This document shows, one piece after another, positions 53,343 to 64,000 of a DNA stretch of 64,000 nt; position 1 is the stretch's first letter; every line of letters starts with the position of its first letter. A program made the position numbers and the translations under genes. The notes under the pieces are model-generated. The model was not told the DNA's origin. It searched no databases and was given only the letters and a program-made list of their open reading frames with translations. Origin of the DNA: Octopus sinensis (Eukaryota); contig NC_043020.1 in assembly GCF_006345805.1 (NCBI RefSeq), positions 16,554,001-16,618,000 of the forward strand, given 5' to 3'.

Positions 53343-53733
53343 AGGCGCAGGAGTGGCTGTGTGGTAAGGAGCTTGCTAACCAACCATATTGTTCCAGGTT
53401 CAGTCCCACTGCATGGCATCTTGGGCAAGTGTCTTCTGCTATAGCCCCGGGCCGACCAATGCCTTGTGAGTGGATTTAGTAGACGGAAACTGAAAGAAGC
53501 CTGTCGTATATATATATATATGTGTGTCTGTGTTAATCTCCATAGCATTGCTTGACAACCGATGCTGTTGTGTTTACGTCCCTGTCACTTAGCGGTTCGG
53601 CAAAAGAGACCGATAGAATAAGTACTGGGCTTACAAAGAATAAGTTCTGGGGTTGATTTGCTCGACTAAAGGCAGTGCTCCAGCACAGCCGCAGTCAAAT
53701 GATTGAAACAAGTAAAAGACTAAAAGAGAGAGT
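53343..53733 (+). mobile_element. SINE family A (young)
   Basis: Near-consensus; lies tail-to-tail with minus copies at 53745-54094 and 54315-54716. Confidence 0.9.
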
Positions 53734-54314
53734 ATTTTTTTTATTTGTTCCAATCAATAGACTGCAGCTATGCTGGGGCACCGCTTTGAAGTATTTCTAA
53801 TCAAATGAATCAACCCCAGTACTTCTTTTTAAAATCTTGGTTCTTATTCTGTTGGCCTCTTTTTGCCAGACCATTAAATTATGGGGACATAAACAAACCA
53901 ACACTGGTTGTCAAATGGTGGTGCAGGATAAACACAGACACATACACATGACAGGCTTCTTTCAGTTTCGGTCTACCAAATCCAATCACAAGGCTTTGGT
54001 CAATCCCAGGCTATAGTAGAAGTCACTTGCCCAATGTGCCACGCACTGGAACTGAACCTGGAGTCATGTGGTTGGGAAGCAAGCTTCTTACCACACAGCC
54101 ATGTCTGCATTTGATTAAGATTTAAATTAATCATTTCATCAAATTTAAATCAGACGTCTTTGTGTGCGCTGGTGTGCACGTGTGTGCATGTGCCTATATG
54201 CATTCTTGTGTGTGGGTATTCTGGAGAAAGGATAGGCTTTAGCATATTTAAAGTAAAGTCTAAAATCAGCTTAAGATATAGAAGACTCGAAAGTATTGAA
54301 TAAATTTATAACTT

Positions 54315-54716
54315 TTTTACTCTTTTACTTCTTTGAGTCATTTGACTGTGGCCATGCTGGAGCACCGCCTTTAGTTGTGCAAATTGACCCCAGGACTTAT
54401 TCTTTGTAAACCTAGTACTTCTTCTGTCGGTCTCTTTTGCCGAACTGCTAAGTTACGCGGACGTAAACACACCAGCATCGGTTATCAAGCAATGTTGGGG
54501 GAACAAACACAAACATATACATACACATATATATATATATATGTATATATACAAGACGGGCTTCTTTCAGTTTCCGTCTACCAAATCCACTCACAAGGCT
54601 TTGGTCGGCCCAAGGCTATAGTAGAGGACACTTGCCCAAGGTGCCACGCAGTGGGACTGAACCCAGAACCATGTGGTTGGCAAGCAAGCTATTTACCACA
54701 CAACCTCTCCTATGTC
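54315..54716 (-). mobile_element. SINE family A
   Basis: Full layout in reverse. Confidence 0.88.
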
Positions 54717-55379
54717 TATGAATTAAAAATTTTTTTTGTTCTGAGACAATAATGTAGTGAGCTGGCAGAATCATTAATACACTGTAAAAATGCTTAGCAA
54801 CAAATTCTTCCATCTTCACGTTCTGAGTTTATCTGCCACCACTGGTGGTGATGGTGGTGAGAGGGGGAGTGTCTACTTTGCCTTTCATCCTTTCAAGATT
54901 GATAAAATAAGTACCAGTTGAATACTGGGGGAATTGTGGTGGTGGTGGTGGTGTTGGTGGTGATGGGAGGAAGGAACAATGTAATCGATTTTACCTTTCC
55001 CTCAAAAATTGCTAGCCGTGTGGCAAAATTTGAGACCAATATTTTGAGACAATAATAATAAAATTGCTCTAAGCAAATAATGTCTTGGAACTTTCTCTGT
55101 AACGAATAAAGAAAAATGGAACTGGTGCAAGATAAATGGAATTCATTAAGCATTCATGTATCTGGCCATAAAATACACACTCATGCACGCATACACACAC
55201 ATGCATGCACATACACATATGGCTGCATGCATACATATGCAAACGAGAGCGCGCGCACACACACACACGCACTAGCATGAAATGTAATTATCGTTAAAGG
55301 AAAGTTTGGGCAATAAATGTTTTCAGTAATCTGTTAGTATAATAGAATTTTTTAAATAAAATACAGATGCATGTGCGTT

Positions 55380-55412
<33 letters not shown>

Positions 55413-55620
55413 TTTTATTTTTTTAACTTGTTTCAATCATTTGACTGCTGGAGCACCGCCTTTAGTCCAACAAATCGACCCCAGGACTGATTCTTTGTAA
55501 GCCTAGTACTTATTCTATCGGTCTCTTTTGCCAAACCACTAAGTTACGAAGACGTAAACACAACATCAGCAATGGTGGTGGGGACAAACACAGACACACA
55601 AACATATATACACGCATTAA

Positions 55621-55750
55621 CCTTTAGCACACTAAAGGCGAATCATATTGCCATATGAGTTTTCTCCCCTCTCAATGAAACATAGTGCACCTGGAGCTAC
55701 AGGGGAGAAAACTCATACAGTGGCATGATTCACTTTCAGCATGCTAAAGG
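55621..55750. mobile_element. Palindromic piggyBac-like MITE
   Basis: Nested inverted arms cctttagca/tgctaaagg and tatgagttttctcccct/aggggagaaaactcata; flanks ttaa and ttca. Confidence 0.7.
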
Positions 55751-55849
55751 TTCATTATCATTAGTTGTGTTCACGTATCATCTTGCGAGAAGCAAATCAA
55801 TTCTCTAAATGTTTCTCCAGTGCAACATAGCAGGCTTGTAATGCATTGA

Positions 55850-56068
55850 CCCTTTAGTATTTAAACCAGCCATATCCGGCCAAAATAGTTAATCTGTTTT
55901 ATGTTCAAACTGACCAGATCCAGGCTCTTACACCTACCCTACAATGTTATTCCCCATTAAGTAATTACACTGTCAAGATCTTGAAGATATGAGATAATGC
56001 ATGATTAATTCAAATCAATGGGAATCAATAGGCATTATGTTTGATAGAATAACCTGAACGCTAAAAGG
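55850..56068. mobile_element. piggyBac-like MITE (second family; related copy at about 19313-19530)
   Basis: Termini ccctttag / ctaaaagg with a TTAA-like flank. Confidence 0.65.
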
Positions 56069-56119
56069 TTAAATAAATAGTTTTATTTTAGAAAAATATC
56101 AATTGCTATTTTTAATTCA

Positions 56120-56557
56120 ATGTTTGTGCCCACCCTTGTCTGTGATGATGAATCTTGGGTAATGACCAAAAGAATACAATCATCCGAAACCGGGTTCTTC
56201 TGAAGAGTTTTTGGAGTAACATTACTCGATAGAGTGTGTATCTCAGCAATCAGAGAGACACTCCAGGTAGAGCCACTACTTCTCCAAATTAAGAGATCAC
56301 AGCTCTGGTACAGCAGGTATGTGGTAAGAATATCATAGGAAAGAGTTACTGGACAGGTTTTACAGGCAAAAACCAACCGGCAGGAGACCCAGGGTAGATC
56401 ATGCGCAAGATGGTCGGATAAACTTTGTTGGTCTCATTTGGGGATCCAGTTGGATCAATTAAGGACAGTTGCTTCTGAAGGACCTGTTGAAAGTGTGCTT
56501 AAGGACTCTGTCCCAACGACCTTCTCAAGAATAAGTGGGTGAAGAAGATGAGATGAG
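56120..56557 (+). mobile_element. Rex3/Expander-like RTE LINE 3' end
   Basis: FVPTLV..ESWVMTKRIQSSE.GFF.RVFGVTLLDRV..SAIRETLQVEPLLLQIKRSQL, then gaataagtgggtgaagaagatgagatgag. Confidence 0.82.
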
Positions 56558-58894
56558 TTGAGATTAATTCTAATTCTTTGCAGTCATTGCTATCTGATTT
56601 TTAGAATGGAATAACATCAAAACTTGAAATATATTAATGACCAAATATTGGTTTCAAATTTTGGCACAACTCCAGCAATTTCCAGGTAGTGGGTAAGTCG
56701 ATTACACCAACCCCAATGTTCAACTGGAACTTACCTTATCAACCCCAAAAAGATGAAAGGTAAAGTCGACCTTAACAGAACTTAAACAGAGAATGCAAAG
56801 ATGGACAAAATGCCACTAAACATTTTGCCTATAGTACTAACAATTCTGCCAGCTCATCACCTTTAAACACTGTAGTAACATCAGTTTCAAATTATGGCAC
56901 AATGCCAGTAATTTCAAGGGAGGGGTTAGTTGATCACATTGACCCTAGTGTACAACTGGTACTACAGTGTAGTAATACAGTGTAGTAATATCAGTTTCAA
57001 ATTATGGTACAATGCCAGTAATTTCAAGGGAGGGGTTAGTTGATTACATTGACCCTAGTGTACAACTGGTACTTATTTTATTAACCCTGAAAGGATGAAA
57101 GGGAAAGTTGACCTTGAAAGAATTTGAACTCAGAACGTAAAGACGGATGAAATGCTGCTAAGCATTTTGCCTGGTGTGTTAATGATTCTGCCGGCTCACC
57201 ACCTTTTTAAACTTACAATTTTAAAGTGCTTCATGAATTTGAATGAATCTGTTAAAAAGCTAAAGTAATCTTTAATAATTTCTTCATTTCAATTAACTTA
57301 AAAGCACATTTCAAAAATAATTATTTCAAATTAAATTTTTCATATTATCTAAATTGTATTCAATTGATTTTAGCTGTAAAAATTTCCTGAAATATTCATA
57401 CTTTTCTTCAATAATGGTATTGTATGTAGGCACGTACATTATACGTTTACACATCTTAAATTACTCGCCGTGTTCATCATTTTTTATTCTCTTTCAAATA
57501 TTTATGTCTGTGTCAACATTTGATTTTTTAAAAACTGTTAAAGTGTAGTTATGAATCAATTTCATTAGTAGGCCACTAACACACATACACGGTATTCATT
57601 TACAGACTAGAAATAGCAGCCAAATTTCCCTCAAATTACACTTTGTATTGGAGGCATCTATCTCCTTGTTTCATGAGAAGATGAATCTGTGTCTGAAAAG
57701 TCATAGATTGGTCTTGTTAGCATAGCAATTTATGGCTCCATAATTTAGCAGTTTCACAAAAGAGGTGATAGAATAAGAATAATGACCTACAAGATAAGTA
57801 CTGGAGTTGATTTGTTCAACTAACCCCTTCAAGGTGGTGCCCCAACATGGCCACAATTCAATGACTGAACCAAGTAAAAGATAAAAAATACATCACATTG
57901 ATATCTATAGATAAATTGATCTCTCTAAAAACAATTACCTTCATCTTAAGCTAAAATTTACTTTGTATTGTTTTCTAAAATCCAGCACAGATTATTGGAG
58001 ATCACTAGAGACTTCAGCTTCTATACATGTGCTAGTATATTGTCATTATGTTAGTTGAATTTGAGATGATGTAGATCTTGTAATGAGGAGTTATGACAGA
58101 AATGGTAGAATCCCAGGTTACATTTATCAGGAATTTTGTTACTTTTTTTTAATTATTTTGCACTGGCTTCAGTCATTGGATTGCCGCCATGCTAGAGCAC
58201 CATCTTATAGAGTTGAATCAATCCTAGTACTTATTTTTAAGCCTTGTACTATTTTATTGATCTCTGTGGAACTACTAAATTACAGGGTATAAACATACAC
58301 ATAGTTTATGTAGGTACCTGTTTAAAAAAGACTGAAGAGACACAGTTTGAAATATAATATACTAACATATAGTACAGTGTCATCATCATCATCATCATTT
58401 AGCATCCGCTTTCCATGCTGGCATGGGTTGGATGTTCAACTGGGGTCTGGGAAGCCAGAAGGCTGCACCAGGCCCAGTCTGATCTGGCAATGTTTCTACG
58501 GCTGGATGCCCTTCCTAATGCCAACCACTCCGAGAGTGTAGTGGGTGCTTTTTATGTGCCAGACGAGGCTGGCAAACAGCCACGATCGGGTAGATATGTT
58601 TATTCAGTTGATGGCACTTACAAGACTAGTTGAGCTTCCTGCAGGTTTCATCCAGTTTCCTTTTTTATTTCTTTTTATAAGTAAGTCCTAAATGAGGTGA
58701 GAAGAACTATGAAGAAATAGAAATTAAGACGAAAGGATTGAATTAACTTCAGACTTGAAAGAGTTCAGGTCATAAAAAGGAGGGAGAACAATGAGATGGA
58801 GGAGCATTCCAAAGTCTGACAGTTCTGCCAAATTTCTCTCACAAGACATTGGATTTTAACCAAGAGTATAGTAATGGGTAAAAGTTACCTTTTC

Positions 58895-59130
58895 AAGTCA
58901 TACCAACTCATAAGGGCCAGTTTCCTGGTTTTATGGCGTATGTATTCCCCACCAGGATGGGATGCTAGTCCATTGCAAGATTGCTCATTTTTGCCAACTG
59001 AGTGCACTCTAGCAACATGAAATGAAGTGTTTTGCTCAAGAACACAATGTATCGCTAAGTCCAAGAGTCAGAACCACAATCTTATGATCACAAGTCCACA
59101 ATCCTAACCACTAAGTCACATGCCTTCACT
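58895..59130 (-). mobile_element. tRNA-headed SINE with a V-domain-like core (gcaatggactagcatcccatcc)
   Basis: Shares the family E head but has a different tail; superfamily assignment is from memory. Confidence 0.55.
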
Positions 59131-60154
59131 ATAGTAGTAGGTACTTGCTCATGATTCCATGCAATGACAATGGAACTGAGCTCGAAAATTCTGTCTGTTT
59201 GCCAAGCAAGCATCATAACCACACAGCCATGCATTACCTAAATTAAAACTCCTCTATATTCAACTTTGCCTTTCATCCTTTCGGGGTCGATAAATTAAGT
59301 TACGCACTGGGGTCGATGTAATCGACTTAATCCGTTTGTCTGTCCTTGTTTGTCCCCTCTGTGTTTAGCCCCTTGTGGGTAGTAAAAAAAATATATATTC
59401 AACTTTGCCTTTCATCTCGGCACGATCAATAAAAAAAGTACCAGTAATATACTAAAATCAACTGGATTGATTATGTAGCCTGTCTTAACGAATGAGTAGT
59501 CTTGGACTAACATGGGTAAAAAAAAATCAGTATTTGGCAAGGAGCCATGTAGGAGTGGCATTGACAGAATTAGCTAAATGCAGAAAGAGAGAATGCATCT
59601 GAAGATTGTAATGGAGAATCTGACATGCATCTAAGCATTTTAATTCCAGTTGGGGTCGTGCCAACTGGTTCAGGAAAAATGATTGTAGTAATGGTAGCAG
59701 TGAGTCCATCCATGTTCTTAAAAATATTTGCTTTTCACATTACACTGTAAACAGAAAATAAACAGCTGAATGCATTTGAAGTTTACTGCCACACTAATCT
59801 CACCACCTTTATAACAACAGCAGTTGTGTGAGTGATATTAATGTAATGTAGATCGTTAATTAAAATTAGTGTATAGCATATAATGGCTTTCCTAGCTATT
59901 AAGAGTATATGACATATTAGCTACCAGCTATACCCAGCCTCGCCCAGATTTATTAATGGAAATATAATAACACATATTCACTATATTTGGGATAATTTGC
60001 CTTAAATAGATGCTTTTTATCCAGGAATTTCACTTAGGATTGTTGCATCCAAAAGATGGTGTAATTTGAGTTGCATGAGAATTCAATAGAAAATATAAAA
60101 TTATAATTTAAATTATACTCTGAGAAAACATTCCCACAGTGGGACTGCACCCAT

Positions 60155-60547
60155 AGGAGCAGGCATGGACATGTGGTAAGAAGCTTGCTTCACAACCAAT
60201 GGTTCCAGTGTGCCACACCTTGGGCAAGCATCTACTATAGTCTCAGGCCAACCAAAGCTTTGTGAGTGGATTTGGTAGATGGAAACTGAAAGGAGCTCAT
60301 TGTATATATGTGTATATGTGTGTGTGTGTGTGTCTTTGTGTCTGTATTTGTCTCCCGCCACTGATTGACAACTGGTGCTGGTGTGTTTATGTCCTCATGA
60401 CTTAGCAGTTCAGAAAAAGAGACCGATAGAGTAAGTACCCGGGTTTAAATATACAAGCACTGGGGTCAGCTCATTCGGTAAAAATTCTTCATGGTGGTGC
60501 CGCAGCATGGCCGCAGTCTAATGACTGAAACAAGTAAAAGATAAAAG
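60155..60547 (+). mobile_element. SINE family A (diverged)
   Basis: Head, core and tail present. Confidence 0.8.
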
Positions 60548-61176
60548 TATAATTTACATCCACCCATCCATCTCATCCATTTAATATTCTTGGGAGGGTC
60601 ATAAGTGGTAAGAGTTCTCAGGCACTTCTTCCAAAAGGGTCCTACCTGACTTGCTGCATTTATAATGGTCAAAGTGATATAGGAGAATTTGTCAGTGTCA
60701 CTCAGGTGGAACAGATATCAAACAAAGGATTTTTGTTGGACAATATGCTGCAGTTTATCAATTTTCATTGAAGTTTTTGCATTTTTTACTGATATACATT
60801 ACTAAAACACACACACGTGTGTGTGTGTGCCAAAATTTTGACAACTGATGAATGGATCAGACTTGTAGTGTTCTTTTGTTTTCCTTGTACATTTCTTTGT
60901 TGTTCACCTATGCTACTTGCTCAATATATATATATCATCATTTAGCATCCGCTTTCCATGCTAGCATGGGTTGGACGGTTCAACTGGGGTCTGGGAAGCC
61001 AGAAGGCTGCACCAGGCCCAGTCTGATCTGGCAGTGTTTCTACAGCTGGATGCCCTTCCCAACGCCAACCACTCCATGAGTGTAGTGGGTGCTTTTTACG
61101 TGCCACCGGCACAGGTGCCAGACGAGGCTGGCAAACAACCACGATCGGATGGTGCTTTTTACGCACCACCGGCATA

Positions 61177-61214
<38 letters not shown>

Positions 61215-61789
61215 AGTAAGGTGGTGAGCTGGCAGAATTGTTAGTATGCCAGACCCAGTGCTTAGTGGCTTTTCATCTGTCTTTACGTTCTGCGTTCAAA
61301 TTCAGCCAAGGTCAGTTTTTTTTCTTTCATCCTTTGAGGGTCGATAAATTCAGTACCAGCTGAACTACTGGCCTTGTGCCAAAATGTAAAACTGGTATAT
61401 ATAGTTTCAAGATATATCTGATGGATGTTCTGGAAAGCATTGTCAGTGATGTTCCTGTGGTCTCGTGAAGTTTAGGATCTTTCTGCACCAGATCCCTTTG
61501 GCCATTTGATCCAGCCAAGGTTCATCAAGTCCCTGCCTGCATCCCAATAGCGGTAAACCACTGTTCTGCCCCCTTCATTCAAAGCCACCTAGTGGCCCTC
61601 TCTGCTGCTTCAGTATTGGAATTTATACCCACCTTTCTGATATATATATAATAATCAAAATAAGCAACAGAATATCCAGAGGTAATGCAGCATGATCGTT
61701 TCAAGCAACTCCATTTAATTGAACAATGCAACCATTACAATAATTTAAATGAAGAGCAATCCTCAGCTGCATAAATACAAGAATTAAAT

Positions 61790-61834
<45 letters not shown>

Positions 61835-62674
61835 GTTGTGTGTGTGTAAGTTTGGTGATGCAAAGAAGAAGATTGAACTCAAAACATGAGTGTATATATA
61901 CATTTTCTTTTATTAATAATCAGCAGAAGTTACTGAGTGACTCAAGAGCTGAGTTTCATGTATTGATAAGTGCTAACACACAAAACTCTCAGTCTTCAAG
62001 TCACTCTACATCTGCCCATTTTTAATAGAAAATGTGTGTGCATGCATATTACTTTTTGCTTCTGTGTCAAGTTATGTACAAAATTAACCATTAAACTGAA
62101 GAATTACTTGATACTTTTTAGTAGATTATATGTTTGTTAAACTTTTACATGTTGAATGATAAGGACTTCAGTCTCTTAACCGCTAGCCTTTATCAAACTA
62201 TATAAATATTAATGTGTGTGTGTGCTTAAATCGATTACATGACACTGTGAATATATACATGTATCTGTGTGTGTGTGATAAGACACTATGAGATCTATCT
62301 TGCAGCATACCTGGAAAAGTAATGTAAATTGATGATGGTAGCATTAATGAAAATAACGATGTTATGCAAATGAACATCTCTACAATATCTGTCTACCAAA
62401 TTCCACTCACAAATTTTTAGTAGAAGACACTTGCCCAAGGTAATGTCTTCCAACTGGTATCAATCTCAGAAGCGTGAAGTTGAAAAGCCAACTTCATAAC
62501 AATATATCTGAGCCAATGCCAACTTGTTTTACTTTCATTATAGACACCCATTATTAATTTCTTTTAAATTGGTGGCACAAAACTTCAAATGTATAAAAGT
62601 GTTATATCTTTAAGCCTCCAGTATCATAGTACGGTTGATATTGTCGATGATAGGTAAAGAATACACTGTAACGG

Positions 62675-62876
62675 TGTTATAACAAAGCAAAATAGAAACA
62701 GCAGCAGTAATAAACATGCAACAAACCAAGAATCAATATTTCCAACTCGAACTGTAAGCTGTACCTGGACTTCAAAGACCAAACTATGAACTGCCGACTA
62801 TGTCAGACCATTACTATTTATATGTAGTGGGCCCCCATCTATTCTTGTCAGAGGGTGTCATACTCATGCCACAACA
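62675..62876 (-). mobile_element. 3' LTR of a Gypsy element
   Basis: Minus strand: PPT aaaaggggaga (62877-62887) directly before TGTTGT; ends ATAACA; internal tatataaata TATA-like box. The distal end is less certain. Confidence 0.65.
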
Positions 62877-62920
62877 TCTCCCCTTTTGATATTTCGAGTT
62901 CTGAAGGAATAAAGATTTTT

Positions 62921-63337
62921 TTTTTCTTTTCTTTTTACTTGTTTCAGTCATTTGACTGAGGCCATGCTGGAGCACCGCCTTTAGTCGAGCAAATTGACCC
63001 TGGGACTTATTCTTTGTGAGTCCAGTACTTATTCTATTGGTCTCTTTTGCCGAACTGCTAAGTGACGGGGACGTAAACACACCAGCATCAGTTGTCAAGC
63101 AATGCTAGGGGGACAAACACAGACACACAAACACACACACACACACATACATATAGATATATATACATATATACGACAGGCTTCTTTCAGTTTCCGTCTG
63201 CCAAATCCACTCACAAGGCATTAGTCGGCCCGGAGCTATAGCAGAAGACACTTGCCCAAGATGCCACGCAGTGGGACTGAACCCGGAACCATGTGGCTGG
63301 TTAGCAAGCTACTTACCACACACCCACTCCTGCGCCT
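62921..63337 (-). mobile_element. Young SINE A inserted between the Gypsy stop codon and its PPT
   Basis: Near-consensus copy. Confidence 0.9.
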
Positions 63338-63350
63338 ATATTATTATTTT

Positions 63351-64000
63351 TTAGTATCTTTTTTGCTTAGGCCTTATCTCAAGCTGTTCGGTCTCCTTCC
63401 ATTTTCTCATGCTGGTTCTAAGGGACTCCATTACTTTTAGTGCTGGGACATTGATTGCATCAAAAAATACTTCCATAGGAATTTCTCTCCATTCTTCGGT
63501 AGGTCTCTTCTTTAGCAGATTTAGGTGTCTCATGTTCCCAGCATGATCCTTTAGATTAGATACATCATACTTCCTATTTTTTGGGTTTCAAAGCCATCCT
63601 TTCAGCCTTCTTTACCATTTTTGTAGGTTTTAAAACGCACTTTATTTCCTACTTTGAAATACTTCATTACATCTTTCGTATTTCCTTTACATCATTTTTT
63701 TTCTCTGGCAATAACTTACCAAAAATCGATTTTATTCTTCTTACAAACATCAATGCTGTAGGTGACTTTTCTTGAATTTGTACTTGGATTGGGGGTTACT
63801 CTATATACCCTTAAGAATTTTGTTAGTGCTTCGTTGTTACTTAATTCATTCCTAGCGTTTCTTAATTCTCCTTTGAACATCCAGGAATCTTTCTACCTCC
63901 CCATTTGACCTCAGGTGGTAGGGTGGAGTGAAAATATGCTTTATCACATGCATTTTACAGTTCTTGAATTCATACCCCAAGAATTGCATTCCATAATCAG
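63351..64000 (-). mobile_element. Degenerate Gypsy integrase core and C-terminus (continues beyond the window)
   Basis: HVIKHIFTPPYHLRSNGEVERF and FLRVYRVTPN motifs, frameshifted, with a stop at 63351. Confidence 0.88.

Overview
Eukaryotic, AT-rich, repeat-dense genomic DNA; the SINE repertoire points to an octopus (inference). The window lies inside a + strand tomosyn (STXBP5-type) gene. Only one coding exon is supported (6602-6702, GALVTVCSDDTLHLWNYRQKRPDIVHTLKFMKER). The neighbouring exons were not found, so the rest appears to be intron, including at least 57 kb downstream of the exon. The intron holds about 30 copies of one tRNA-headed SINE (called A here), many copies of other SINE or short retroposon families (B, C, E, F and an Arg-tRNA type), LINE remnants (RTE, RTE-X, Rex3/Expander-like, CR1-type), a Gypsy 3' end with PPT and LTR, hAT, piggyBac-like and mariner-like MITEs, and long compound microsatellites. 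Nearly all ORFs in the supplied track are microsatellite or SINE artefacts. Most notable: (1) two sequence-unrelated minimal hammerhead motifs sharing the non-canonical core CUGU(A/G)GAA with covarying stems; one lies in a 154-nt-period retrozyme-like repeat that folds back into a 95-bp hairpin; (2) a TSD-flanked chimera of an RTE-X 3' end and 185 bp copied from 1.7 kb away; (3) a candidate recursive splice site (AG|GT) in a SINE-poor island about 34.5 kb into the intron. Family names and clades come from motif recognition only; no database search was run, and many element boundaries are approximate.
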